From contig JAZJXN010000036.1 in assembly GCA_040390885.1 (NCBI GenBank), forward strand, positions 29,194 to 89,399: a stretch of DNA of 60,206 nt, given 5' to 3'. The translations under genes were made by a program, and so were the position numbers. Source of the stretch: Pseudomonadota bacterium. GTDB lineage: Bacteria > Pseudomonadota > Alphaproteobacteria > Caulobacterales > Caulobacteraceae. The notes under the pieces are model-generated. The model had not been told where the DNA came from, searched no databases, and saw only the letters and a list, made by a program, of their open reading frames with translations. Of the stretch, positions 18,386-28,201 are shown one piece after another (position 1 is the first letter of the stretch; each line of letters opens with the position of its first letter).

Positions 18386-19936
18386 TCAGAAGGCCAGCGA
18401 AAAATCGGTCACCAAGGTGAAGCCATTGCCGCCGACCGGCACGGGATAGGCCGTGTAGCCGACCGGCGAGCGATCCGTGTACAGGCCCATCATATTGACC
18501 CGCAGGTCCCGGCGCTTGAACGGGAACCAGTTGAGGCCGATGGCGACGTCGTAGGGATCGCCGTACTCGCCGAAGATTTTCGAGCCGGAAACGTAGACCT
18601 GCAGGGTCTTCGGGATAATCATGGCCGAGGCCTGCAGCTGGAATCCCTGGTCGAAAAGATCGTTGACGGGGATCGAACCCTCGACGGTGAAATCGTCCAG
18701 CCACCGCGCGTAGTATTCCAGCTCGAGCGCGTATCCCTGGTACTTCACGCCCGCGTTCAGGGCCGCCATCTGATAGCGGGCCTCGGTGATCCGTCCGGGC
18801 GTGTCGAAGGCGTCGATGGCGAACAGCAGGGTCCCGTCGGACAGCCGAAGCTGGGTGTTCTCGATCGAGTCCGTACCGGGCTGCGACTGCGGGGTTTCGG
18901 TGCTGCGCGTGTAGTGGACGCTGAACAGAGTCGCGACATCCTCATGGACCTCGAAGTCCCCGAAGCCGGCGGCCGGTCCGAATTCTCCCGTCGTCGGCAT
19001 CCAGGTCAGCGCGCCGGACAGAGTGTCGAGGTTGGCGTCGAGCTGCCCGGCGTTGACGCCGAGCGCACTGAGGTTGTTGGCGATCATCACGCGATAGTCG
19101 AGACCGGTCGCTATCTTCCCTTCCGCCCACAGGCCTTGTGTGTAGGACCCGCGGAAGAACTCGTCGGCGATCGGCCGGCTGTCGTTGCGAAGCCAGTAGG
19201 GGAAGGTCCGGTTGGTGGATCGGGTCGACGGCACCGAGTGGACGCCGGCATAGACCCGGAGATGCTCGTTGAAGGTCCACGAGAGGTTGCCCGCCCCGAC
19301 AACCTGGGCGCCCTGACCCTGGTTGGCGTTCGACGTCCAGAAGTAGGCGTTGTAGTTGAATCTCGGGTCGAACAGCCACCCCCTGAAGGTCAGCTGGACC
19401 TTGGCGAGCTGGAAGTCCTGCCGCGTGTCGATCGCCTTCGTCCGCCCGAACGAGTCCGTGTAGGTGTCGTCCAGGCCCTGCTGGTTCAAGTACCTGAAGT
19501 AGCTCACGATCCCGAGGTCGACCTCGCCCATGTCGGATCTCATGAGCACGAGCCCCCGACCCGGCTCGAACCCGCCCCACTTGACCGGGGGCTCCGCCTC
19601 GGCCTGTTGCATCGCGCCTTCCCGGACGGGAGCGGCGTCGGAGGCCGCGCCGCCCGACGCTGGGACCGACGCCGGCGGCGCACTGCCATAGAGTTCGACC
19701 TCGAGCGCCCGAATGCGCTTGTCGAACTCGCCGCGCATCGTGATCAGGTCCTGGAGCTGCCGCTCCACGCTTTGCCGCTGCCCGTCGCCGACAGGGGTGG
19801 CGGCCTCATCGGGTGCGGGGGTCGTCTGGGCGCTGGCCGGTGTGGCGTCGATCGCCAGCAGGCCAAGGCCGGCCACCGCTGCTCCTACCCAGGGGCGCGC
19901 CGTCGCTCGCCCCGCTCCGACTGCCTTGCCAACCAT
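18386..19936 (-). CDS. Outer-membrane beta-barrel/porin-like protein with N-terminal coiled coil
   Basis: Signal peptide, coiled segment VERQLQDL...IRALE, amphipathic beta-strands, terminal DFSLAF. Confidence 0.75.
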   Translation of the reverse strand: MVGKAVGAGRATARPWVGAAVAGLGLLAIDATPASAQTTPAPDEAATPVGDGQRQSVERQLQDLITMRGEFDKRIRALEVELYGSAPPASVPASGGAASDAAPVREGAMQQAEAEPPVKWGGFEPGRGLVLMRSDMGEVDLGIVSYFRYLNQQGLDDTYTDSFGRTKAIDTRQDFQLAKVQLTFRGWLFDPRFNYNAYFWTSNANQGQGAQVVGAGNLSWTFNEHLRVYAGVHSVPSTRSTNRTFPYWLRNDSRPIADEFFRGSYTQGLWAEGKIATGLDYRVMIANNLSALGVNAGQLDANLDTLSGALTWMPTTGEFGPAAGFGDFEVHEDVATLFSVHYTRSTETPQSQPGTDSIENTQLRLSDGTLLFAIDAFDTPGRITEARYQMAALNAGVKYQGYALELEYYARWLDDFTVEGSIPVNDLFDQGFQLQASAMIIPKTLQVYVSGSKIFGEYGDPYDVAIGLNWFPFKRRDLRVNMMGLYTDRSPVGYTAYPVPVGGNGFTLVTDFSLAF

Positions 19937-20269
19937 GCCATTCGCCCCGCGCCGATCAGCTTCGATGCCGGGTGTTTCCCTTGGCGGGTCCGCCCTGCCC
20001 CGAAGCCGTGTGTTCCGGCATTGGGCTTGGCTGGCGCGCGCGCCGCACTCCGTGGAAACCCGCTGTTCGGCGGATTAGACACCTGACGCGCGAGCACAGG
20101 CGCGAGGCGACGAAGATGTCGGCGGCTCAACTCCTCGAGAGTGGCTCGGACGCCTGGCGTCAGGCGATGGCAGCGCCAGAGAGAGGAGCGATCCGTCAGC
20201 GGCAGTAGCTCGGTGGACGTGAACAAGACCTGGGCTCTGTCTCACGTCGTCACCCTGCAGCACCCGTCA

Positions 20270-20452
20270 ATCCGCGTGGGCGTCGCTCTGCGGGCCGGCG
20301 TGGAAATCCGACCGCATCGGCCCCGGACCCTCAGCCTAGACGTCAGGAGAGTGTTCTTCGAGACGGACGCCAGCCTCAGTGGCGGAACTCTGCTATCGGA
20401 CGTGACGCTCGCCCCCTGGGTCGTCTTCGCCGGCATCGCACGGCGACTCTAG
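20270..20452 (+). pseudogene. OmpW-family C-terminal remnant
   Basis: GVALRAGVEI...LSLDVRRVFFETDASLSGGTLLSDVTLAPWVVFAGIARRL matches the OmpW C-terminal strands; no intact N-terminus or signal peptide; terminal Phe lost. Confidence 0.65.
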
Positions 20453-20532
20453 GCAGCCTCTGCGGCTGGCGCGTCGTGACCTCGGGGCGGAGCCGTCCGG
20501 CTCCGCCCTCTTTGCGTCTGTCGGCGCGACGG

Positions 20533-22626
20533 TCAGAACTCGCCGCTCATCCCGACCCGAAAGCCGCTCTCGCCGCCGGAGTGCGAGAAGCCGGCAGAGA
20601 CCGCCAGCGGCCGCTCGCCGCTACCGAACCGGTGGGCGATGGAGCCGCCCAGCGCGGCTTCCCCATTGAACTCCGCGGCATTCACGGTCCAGCTGGTCCG
20701 CCCGGGCGCCGACGGCATGGGCGCGGACGACATGGCCATCGCGGCGGCGATGCCTCGGCGGGCTTCGAGCCGGGAGTCCGAGGCGAAGCTGGACACGGCG
20801 TCGAGAGCCGAGCCGACGTTGTCAAACGTGCCCATGCCGAGGGCGTAGCGGGGGGCGCTGATCACACCGGAGGCGTCGGCCGTTGCGCCGCCGCCGAGAG
20901 CCCTCGCGACCGAAGCGCCGGAAGCGCCCAGCTGGCCGACATTGGCGGCGTCGGTCGGGGCGGTTCCGGCCCCGACATTGGTGATGCGACGGGTCGCGCC
21001 GTCCGCACCGACAGAGACGGTGTTGGCCTGGTTGGCGACCGAGCCGGAGCCGATCGCGGCGCTGTTGGCGGCCAGGGCCTGGGCGCCAGGGCCGCTGGCC
21101 ATGGCGTTCTCTCCCGTGGCGACCGCGCCGTCGCCAAAGGCCGCGCCGCCGTTGGCCGCGCTGGCCCCCGCCCCGACCGCCACCGAGCCCGTGGCCGTGG
21201 CGCCCGCGCCTATGGCGATGGCGTTCACGCCCGAGGCCGTGCTGTTCAGTCCAACGGCGACGGCGCCGTCGGCGGTGGCCTGGGCCGTATCGCCCACGGC
21301 GACAGCCGAGACGCCCGAGGCCGTCGCACTGGCGCCGGCGGCAGTGGAGCGTTCGCCTGAGGCGGTGGCCTGTCCTCCCATCGCGGTGGAGCCGACGCCG
21401 GTGGCCTGGGCCATGCCCAGGGCGCCGTCGGTGCGGAAGTGACGAGTGCCGGTGGTGTCGATCGCGTTCAGCGCCCCGCCGACGCTGTTGTAAAAGGCGC
21501 CGGCGACGCCGTAGCTCGGCGCGGTGACAAGGGCGTTGGCCGAGTCATAGGTCGCGCCGCCGCCGAGGGCCGACGCCACGCTGGCCCCGATGGACTCGTC
21601 GCGCGCGGCGGCCGCCGCGAGCGTGGCGGCGTCACCCGCCGCCATGTCGGTTCGGATCACGCTCTCGCGGTCATCGGTGTAGGTGGTCGCGGTGACCAGG
21701 GTCGCGGCGTCGCCGGCGGCCATGTCGGTGCGGATCTCCGTCTCCCGGCTATCCGTATAACTCATGGCGCTGTTCAGCACGGCAACGTCGGCCGCGTACA
21801 CCTCGCCACGTGTCACGCCGTCGGCCACGACAGCCTCCAGGCGCGTGACCCGTTGGTTGGTGCTGAACAACTGGCCGCCGTTGACGGCGTCGCTGCCGTT
21901 GGCCACGACATTGCCGGCGGTCACGTTGACGATGCGGCGGGTGAAGGTGGCGTTCCCCACCGCAAAGGTCTGTTCCTCGTTGGCGACCGATCCCGAACCG
22001 ATGGCGACGGAGTAATTTGCTTGAGCTTCCGCGTTCCAGCCCATGGCGACGCTGTTGGCGCCGACCGCGTTGGTGTCCTGGCCGATCGCGATCCTGGCGC
22101 TCTCATCGCCAACCGCTTGGGCGTTATTGCCCAGGGCAATGTTATAGCTCCTGCTGCCGGTCGCCCAAGATCCGACTCCCATTGCCAGGTTGGCGCTGTA
22201 ACTGCCTGAGGCGTTCGCCTGGAATCCCAAGGCCGTGTTGCCGTCAGATGTTATATCGCCTCCGGCCTCGGAATAGGGTCGCGTCTCGCCCTCCGCGTTG
22301 GCATGCGAACCTATCGCCGTATGACGGTTGCCGTCCCCGGCCTTGGCATAGGCGCCGATAGCCGTGTTGTCGGTTCCGCCACGGGTATCCGACCAGCCGC
22401 CGCAAGCCGTCTGCAGATAATCGAGGTCACCGCCGAAAGGGCTGTCAGGAGCATCGCCGGTGTAGTGAGGTTCACCCCCGCAACTCGCCTGCGCACTTGC
22501 CGTACCGGCGGTGGCGAGCAGCCCCAAGGCCACCCCGCCCGCCGCCATCAGGGCAAAAGTGGAAACGCCAGCCTCGCGGCGCCGGCTTGAGATGGACGGC
22601 TCGGTCGTGATCACTTCAAGGGACAT
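20533..22626 (-). CDS. YadA-like trimeric autotransporter adhesin
   Basis: Head repeats (AxGxxSxAIG), necks RRIVNVTAG..DAVNGGQL and RRITNVGAGTAPTDAANVGQL, YTD-R stalk repeats, anchor ARRGIAAAMAM...GMSGEF. Start uncertain (22698/22626/22548). Confidence 0.92.
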   Translation of the reverse strand: MSLEVITTEPSISSRRREAGVSTFALMAAGGVALGLLATAGTASAQASCGGEPHYTGDAPDSPFGGDLDYLQTACGGWSDTRGGTDNTAIGAYAKAGDGNRHTAIGSHANAEGETRPYSEAGGDITSDGNTALGFQANASGSYSANLAMGVGSWATGSRSYNIALGNNAQAVGDESARIAIGQDTNAVGANSVAMGWNAEAQANYSVAIGSGSVANEEQTFAVGNATFTRRIVNVTAGNVVANGSDAVNGGQLFSTNQRVTRLEAVVADGVTRGEVYAADVAVLNSAMSYTDSRETEIRTDMAAGDAATLVTATTYTDDRESVIRTDMAAGDAATLAAAAARDESIGASVASALGGGATYDSANALVTAPSYGVAGAFYNSVGGALNAIDTTGTRHFRTDGALGMAQATGVGSTAMGGQATASGERSTAAGASATASGVSAVAVGDTAQATADGAVAVGLNSTASGVNAIAIGAGATATGSVAVGAGASAANGGAAFGDGAVATGENAMASGPGAQALAANSAAIGSGSVANQANTVSVGADGATRRITNVGAGTAPTDAANVGQLGASGASVARALGGGATADASGVISAPRYALGMGTFDNVGSALDAVSSFASDSRLEARRGIAAAMAMSSAPMPSAPGRTSWTVNAAEFNGEAALGGSIAHRFGSGERPLAVSAGFSHSGGESGFRVGMSGEF

Positions 22627-22930
22627 CTGAAACTCCGAATGCACTAGATGGCGTGCGCCGGAGTTGACCCCCTTCTTGTCTCGGCTCGCTTCATCCATCT
22701 GGATGAAGCGCGCGAGAGACTGGGAGGCCTGGAAGCATCGATGCCCGGAAAGCCCGCGGGCAGCGCGGTAGTCAACGCCCGCTAACGGTCATCAGCCGAC
22801 CTCTCGCCGGCTCCAAGCCAGATCGAACCACAGACTCATTCGCGATTCCGGGACCGCCCACTGGCCCGGATAGTGGCGTCCAACGTCGGGATCCGAACGG
22901 AGCAAGGTGGGAATTGGGGGAGTATGTTTC

Positions 22931-22945
22931 CTATTCCCACTCGAT
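22931..22945 (-). mobile_element. Probable att site: duplicated 3' end of guaA (island boundary)
   Basis: Minus strand reads ATCGAGTGGGAATAG = I-E-W-E-stop, the conserved GMP synthase C-terminus, containing GAGTGGGA; adjacent to IHF-type sites and alpA. Confidence 0.75.
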
Positions 22946-22960
22946 CACCTGGGGAGATTA

Positions 22961-23044
22961 TAACCCGTTGATTGATTGGGGACTTTTTACCGCGAACATT
23001 CGATAGACCGCTATCAGTACCGTCGAAAACCTAGCCTTTTGATT
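22961..23044 (-). promoter_or_regulatory. IHF-type binding sites in att arm
   Basis: 22961-22973 reverse complement AATCAACGGGTTA fits WATCAANNNNTTR exactly; 23032-23044 AATCAAAAGGCTA has one mismatch. Confidence 0.6.
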
Positions 23045-23237
23045 TTTATGGTGAATTTTCGCACCCAATTTTTCGTGCCTATCGGCAACTATCGAGTATG
23101 GACGCTGCTCATCCCGAGCCGGGGCTATGTGGCTCATTTCCGAATCCGGTGCTGACGGTATCTCCTAGCACCCCAGACCAATCATATGCCGTGACCTCCG
23201 GCCGCGCCCGATTCCGGGCGCAGTATGGAGTCTTCAC

Positions 23238-23524
23238 ATGACCGATATCCCGAAGCCCAGGCACGTTTCGATCTCTCAGATGCCCAGGATGATAAGGCGC
23301 GGAGAGCTCAGGCGTACGTGCCCTTGGCCGACACCACGATCTACGAACTTGAGCGCAGCGGCGACTTCCCTCGCCGCTTCAGCCTCACGCTACGTTGCGT
23401 GGTCTGGGACCTCAGTGAGGCCGAGGCCTGGATCCGCGAACGTATACGGGCCTCGGACGAAGGGCAGTCTGCCACCGGCCCCGACGTCCATCTGCGCCGG
23501 ACCCGGCGAATTCGGCGGGGGTAG
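23238..23524 (+). pseudogene. alpA: AlpA-family excisionase/regulator, frameshifted
   Basis: MTDIPKP...RMIRRGELRRT in one frame continues as VPLADTTIYELERSGDFPRRFSLTLRCVVWDLSEAEAWI in another; one base missing near 23318. Confidence 0.8.
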
Positions 23525-23752
23525 TGGATAGTCGCCCCGCCTAAAGGGACGACGCGAGGTTCTTCCAAGGCCTCCGGGGCAGAGGACCTAGTGGCGCAAT
23601 TGATTGTCCAGAGCCCTCTGCCCCAACGATCAGACCTCAAGCGAGATCGACCTCGCACTCAGCGCCCGATGAGCGCATCCAGGGTCCATTGAACAGACGC
23701 GCGGCATTTGGACTTTTCGCTCGTGATTGGAAGCGCGCGTTGACTAGTTTGA

Positions 23753-23847
23753 GGCCGCTATGCGCCAGGAGCGGACATTCGCTTGCCGCCCGAATGCGGA
23801 CGCTCCGACGCCCTGCCCCCGGCGTCCGCTTTCGACCCATTGCGGAC
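23753..23847 (+). repeat. ~95-bp three-unit element, copy A
   Basis: GGCCGC-TATGCGCCAGGA-GCGGAC, ATTCGC-N13-GCGGAC, 22-bp spacer, GTCCGC-TTTCGACCCATT-GCGGAC. Confidence 0.75.
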
Positions 23848-23882
23848 ACAACGCCAAGCCCTCGCCAAGCTGCACTTGTAGG

Positions 23883-23943
23883 TGTCAAAGATATTTGACA
23901 ACCGGCGCCATGGGCGTCATGGCTATGTATAAGATATTTGACA
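23883..23943 (+). promoter_or_regulatory. Two 18-bp operator-like sites, probably for the XRE regulator
   Basis: TGTCAAAGATATTTGACA (23883-23900, palindromic arms, contains TTGACA) and TGTATAAGATATTTGACA (23926-23943). Confidence 0.7.
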
Positions 23944-23957
23944 CTGCGGAGACGGAC

Positions 23958-24374
23958 ATGTCGTTTCGAGAGATATCAGCGTGGGTGATGGGCGCGCTGA
24001 TGTGCGCCACAGGCGCCCATTATCTGAAGACATACTTCGCTGCGGCGCAGGCGCTCGGCGGCGCGCCGCCGCTTGAAATGTTCATTCCCTATGCGGCCTT
24101 CGTGGTGACAGCCTCCATCGTCGTTCAGATCGTGCTGGCCAGTGTCGCGCCGAAGGAGGCCGACCGGCCGCCGGACGAACGCGAACGTCCGCTGCTCTGG
24201 CGCGCCGGCCACTGGGCGGGGCTACTTCAGGGCGGGCTCTGCGTCGCGGCGGTGCTCTACGTCGGTCACTCTGGCGACACGGCGATCTTGTTTCACCTGA
24301 TCGTAGGGGGTCTGATTATCTCGCAGGTCGTCGAGTATGGGCTCCAGATCGCCTTCCTTCGCCTCCGCTCATGA
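23958..24374 (+). CDS. Small four-TM membrane protein
   Basis: GGAGA then ATG; MSFREISAWV...DERER motif; ATGA overlap with the XRE gene. Confidence 0.75.
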   Translation: MSFREISAWVMGALMCATGAHYLKTYFAAAQALGGAPPLEMFIPYAAFVVTASIVVQIVLASVAPKEADRPPDERERPLLWRAGHWAGLLQGGLCVAAVLYVGHSGDTAILFHLIVGGLIISQVVEYGLQIAFLRLRS

Positions 24375-24595
24375 TCGGCCGGAAGCGACTGCCGATCACC
24401 AACCGGGTGCCGGCATTTCGCGAGAAGCAACAGGCCATGAGCCAGGCGGCGCTCGCCGACGCGATCGGCGTCAGTCGCCAGACAGTGGTGGCGATCGAGA
24501 AGGGCCACTATTCGCCGAGCTTGGAGACTGCGTTCCGCATCGCCCGACTGTTTGGGGTCGGCGTCGAGGACGTTTTCGGGTGGGATGAGCAATGA
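24371..24595 (+). CDS. XRE-family HTH transcriptional regulator
   Basis: MSQAALADAIGVSRQTVVAIEKGHYSPSLETAFRIARLFGVGVEDVF. Confidence 0.92.
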   Translation: MIGRKRLPITNRVPAFREKQQAMSQAALADAIGVSRQTVVAIEKGHYSPSLETAFRIARLFGVGVEDVFGWDEQ

Positions 24596-25899
24596 TGAAG
24601 GCACGCATTCGGTGGCGGCGAGTCGCCATCAAGGTCTCGGTGACACTGCTCCTCGCCGTCGGCTGGGCTGGTGCGATCGGTTACGGGGCGCTGGCGGGCT
24701 GGTGGCACAGGCCGATCGCTGAGCGAGGCGACGCGGCGGCGTTCACGGCGGCCGCCACCCGGATGATCGACAGCAGGATGCGCGGCAACGCCGCCTTCGT
24801 CCTGGTCGAACGCGGCCGCGTCTTCGCGCAGGTCTATCGATCGCGGGGGGTGTCGGTTGGTCCGCACACGAGATTCCAGGTCGCGTCGCTCAGCAAGTGG
24901 CTCACGGCCTTCGGCGTCATGAGGCTGGTGGAGACAGGCAGGCTGAACCTTGACGCCCCCGTGTCACGCTATCTGACGCGCTGGCGGCTCCCCGCGAGCG
25001 CCTACGACAACCGGCAGGTGACGGCGCGACGCCTGCTCAGCCATACTGCGGGACTGACTGACGACCTCGGCTTCGGCGGGTTCCCACCCGGGGTCCCGGT
25101 CCAGTCGCTCGAAGGGGCGCTTACCCGTGCAGTGGACGCCTCGCCCGGCAAGGACGGTCGGGTGCGCGTGGGCCAAGCGCCTGGGTCGTTCCGATATTCC
25201 GGCGGGGGCTATGCCCTCCTCGAGCTACTGATCGAAGAGACCGCCGGCGAGCGGTTTGAAAGCTATATGGACCGCGCGATCTTCAGGCCCCTGGATCTGG
25301 CGGACACAAGCTTCTCCCCGCCCACCGAGCGCGACGATGTCGCCCAGTCCTTCGACACCAAGGGACGCGCCACACCACTGCAACGGTTCTCGGCCCCGGC
25401 CGCGGCGGGCCTCTACACTTCGGCGGCTGACATGGTCCGGCTGGTGCAGGCGCTGCGGCCGGGTACGCGGGGTGAGCCGGTTGGCCGCGGCGTGCTATCT
25501 GCACGGTCGCTGGAGCTGATGCGCCGGCCGGAAGCCTCGCAGTACGGCGCCGCGATTTGGGGGCTCGGGACCATCCTCTATGCCCCGAACGACAGGGGCG
25601 GCTTCATCATCGGACACGACGGCAACAACACGCCGGCCATTAATACCGCCGTGCGGATCGATCCCGCTACAGGCGATGGGATCGTGCTACTCGAGACCGG
25701 CGACGAGCGGCTCGCGACCCAGTTGGCGGGCGAGTGGGTGGTATGGAAGACCGGCCACATCGATCTGTTCCAGTTTTCCGCCGAACTTGCCCGCGTGACG
25801 CCAGCGCTGTTCGCGGGCCTAGCGTTCATCCTGCTCGGCGGCTTGGCGTCCCTGCTGACACCAAGTTTGCGCGAGCGCCCAGCGGGCGCGCTCAGGTGA
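24592..25899 (+). CDS. Membrane-anchored serine hydrolase (beta-lactamase/AmpC-like fold)
   Basis: FQVASLSK (SxxK), LLSHTAGL, FRYSGGGY, GHDG; N- and C-terminal TM helices. Confidence 0.88.
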   Translation: MMKARIRWRRVAIKVSVTLLLAVGWAGAIGYGALAGWWHRPIAERGDAAAFTAAATRMIDSRMRGNAAFVLVERGRVFAQVYRSRGVSVGPHTRFQVASLSKWLTAFGVMRLVETGRLNLDAPVSRYLTRWRLPASAYDNRQVTARRLLSHTAGLTDDLGFGGFPPGVPVQSLEGALTRAVDASPGKDGRVRVGQAPGSFRYSGGGYALLELLIEETAGERFESYMDRAIFRPLDLADTSFSPPTERDDVAQSFDTKGRATPLQRFSAPAAAGLYTSAADMVRLVQALRPGTRGEPVGRGVLSARSLELMRRPEASQYGAAIWGLGTILYAPNDRGGFIIGHDGNNTPAINTAVRIDPATGDGIVLLETGDERLATQLAGEWVVWKTGHIDLFQFSAELARVTPALFAGLAFILLGGLASLLTPSLRERPAGALR

Positions 25900-26007
25900 A
25901 TGCTGCATTCCGAAGCCCTAGGTCCGCTCACCACCCCCAGCACGCGTTCGGAAGGTCTGCTATGCGGCTGGTCGCCTTGAGGGTCTGCTTTCCGGCTCGC
26001 GTCCAAC

Positions 26008-26031
26008 GGGCAAGAACGACCCATTGCGGAC
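26008..26031 (+). repeat. Partial copy of element (third unit)
   Basis: CGACCCATTGCGGAC (26017-26031) is identical to 23833-23847; GTCTGCTATGCG at 25955 resembles the first unit. Confidence 0.6.
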
Positions 26032-26193
26032 CTACGGCAGGCCCGCAAACGGGCTCGCTCAACCTTGCGCGGTTCTACTTCGATCACCTGTACGGCATCG
26101 CCTGATGCGTCACGCCTAGGCGACGTTGTGTCGTTCTCCAATGCCCCGTACAGGCAGTTCGAAGGAAGCAATGGGTCCTCGAGAGGCAGTGAG

Positions 26194-26592
26194 TTGACGA
26201 TAAGAACATCAGGGTCGACGATTTCGCATGAAGTCTCAGAAGAAACCCGGTCAGTGCTCGTGCGCCTCAGCGCCCAATCACACTTTAGCCACATGGTTAC
26301 TCACTTCAGAGAACTCATAAAAACTCGACCCGAGCTAGGGGGCTACGACTATATCTGCGACCTGACCTCCTTCTCCGGCGATGCCTTCGTCCAAGACGTC
26401 CAACAAATCGCCCAAGAGTATGCGCCGTTTGCGGCGACCGGTCCAACATTCACGTGCTTTGCGACACGAGATCCGCACTTTGGACTCTGGGCGCAATCGA
26501 TGGACCATATGTTCGCTGGCCGAAAACATGTCGTTTTTTCGACTGTTGATGACTGCGTCAGGTTCCTCAGAGAGAGGCGGGCGACGGTCTAA
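26194..26592 (+). CDS. Hypothetical protein, possibly STAS/SpoIIAA-like
   Basis: GAGAGG then TTG; YDYICDLTSF and VFSTVDDCVRFL resemble SpoIIAA-like family patterns; visibly AT-richer than neighbours. Confidence 0.55.
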   Translation: MTIRTSGSTISHEVSEETRSVLVRLSAQSHFSHMVTHFRELIKTRPELGGYDYICDLTSFSGDAFVQDVQQIAQEYAPFAATGPTFTCFATRDPHFGLWAQSMDHMFAGRKHVVFSTVDDCVRFLRERRATV

Positions 26593-26654
26593 ACAAGAAC
26601 TTCTCTACCGCCCGCGATGGCGAAACGGCTGGCCTGCGCCCGCCCGGCGTCAAC

Positions 26655-26678
26655 GTCCGCAACCCACCCGTGGTGGAC
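26655..26678 (+). repeat. Single hairpin unit of the element family
   Basis: GTCCGC-AACCCACCCGTG-GTGGAC (12-nt loop). Confidence 0.55.
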
Positions 26679-26919
26679 TTTCGGGCCGTCCGCTCTCGGC
26701 GAACGCCGAGCGAGGCGTTCGACTTCCCAGATGCTTGAGTTCGCCTCAGGCGCGGCGACCGACGAGCACACGACCCAGGGTCTGTGGCGGTGTAAAGCGG
26801 TCGCTCGCTTGGAGGCCCGCCATCGTCGATCGCACTCCAGCGTAGGAGCCGATTTCCGTTCAGGTCTCTGGCGGCGGTCACGCCGCTAGAGGTCCGCTGA
26901 GGGGGAAAGGAGGCCAGCG

Positions 26920-27684
26920 TTACGTCCGGTTGATGGACACGCCGCCATCGACGAGTGTCGCTGTACCGGTCATGAAGCTTGAGGCGTCGGAGGCGAAGAA
27001 CGCTGCCGCGTTGGCAATCTCCCCTGGTTGAGCAATTCGCTTCAGGGCGTGCAGTCCCGAAACGACGGCCAGCGATTCTGGCGTATCAGACACCATCCGG
27101 CCCATCGGCGTATCCACACCCCCGCAGAGGAGCGCGTTGGCGCGAACCTTCTGCGCTCCGAACTCTGCGGCGATCACCAGGGTCAGGCCGACTAGCCCGG
27201 CTTTGGCCGAGGCGTAGGCGGCCATGCCCGGAAACCCCACAGTGTGACCGACAAACGTGGAGGTGAAGATGATCGAGCCACCGCCGCGCGCGAGCATGGC
27301 GGGGATCTGGTATTTGGCGCCCAGGAAGGCGCCGGTCAGATTGACGTCGAGGGTTTCGCGCCATCCGGCGACGGAGATGTGCGGTGTCGACTCCATCTCC
27401 GGGATCGCTCCGGCGTTATTGAACGCGATGTCCAGCCCGCCGAACAGGTCTGTAGCGGTGCGCACCAGGCCGATCGAGGTTTCCTCCTCGCGGACATCGC
27501 CGGCCACTGCGACCGCATTTCCACCATTGGCTTTGATGGCTGCGACAAGTTCGGCAAGCTCAGCCTCACGACGCGCTGACACCACGACGTTGGCGCCGAG
27601 CTGCGCGAACAACCTCGCCGTGGCGTGGCCTATCCCAGAGCTGGCTCCGGTTACGATGGCGACCTTGTCTTTAAGTTGATGCAC
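26920..27684 (-). CDS. Short-chain dehydrogenase/reductase
   Basis: TGASSGIG, NNAG, YASAK, DGG. Confidence 0.92.
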   Translation of the reverse strand: MHQLKDKVAIVTGASSGIGHATARLFAQLGANVVVSARREAELAELVAAIKANGGNAVAVAGDVREEETSIGLVRTATDLFGGLDIAFNNAGAIPEMESTPHISVAGWRETLDVNLTGAFLGAKYQIPAMLARGGGSIIFTSTFVGHTVGFPGMAAYASAKAGLVGLTLVIAAEFGAQKVRANALLCGGVDTPMGRMVSDTPESLAVVSGLHALKRIAQPGEIANAAAFFASDASSFMTGTATLVDGGVSINRT

Positions 27685-28151
27685 GGCGATCCCTTTCAAT
27701 GAAGGGGCGCACATCCCACCACAGACGCAGCCTAGCGACCCGGTTCTTGCGGCCGGGCCCGTTGCGCGACTGGCAGGCAACGAACGCCGCGAACCGGCGG
27801 TCCGGCGTCACGTTACTGTGGAGCCGGATGTCCTGCTCCATCGTACGCGTCACCCCAGGATCGCATCCCCGCGGCGACAGCGCGATGGCCACCAGGCAGG
27901 CGGCGGGCGCGCCGACGATCTGCCCTAGAAGCACCCATAAATGTCCTCTTCGACCGAACCAGCCGGCACGATTCTCGACATGTAGAAATCGGCCGGCGCC
28001 AATGTCGACCCTGGTTTGTCACGAATGAAACCGCCCCCTATATGCCCGCCGCCGGTTGGCGAGACCGGGCGAGTTGTTGGCGTCTGGTCCGCAGCCTCGG
28101 TTCCGCCACAGGCAAAGGGATCTACCGTCAGCGGTTCCTCTCACCCCGGGT

Positions 28152-28176
28152 GGAACGGGACGCTTGCTGATCTGTT
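28152..28176 (+). promoter_or_regulatory. sigma-EcfG (sigmaT)-type promoter of the mfd-like gene
   Basis: GGAAC-N16-TGTT, 25 bp before ATG 28202 with AGGAGA RBS. Confidence 0.65.
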
Positions 28177-28201
28177 CGGTCTGCCCAGGAGACGGGTGGC
28201 C

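Noticed and set aside
24592-25899. Beta-lactam resistance gene
   Set aside because: YSG rather than YxN, GHDG rather than KTG, and membrane anchors at both ends fit the broad serine hydrolase family; resistance is unsupported.
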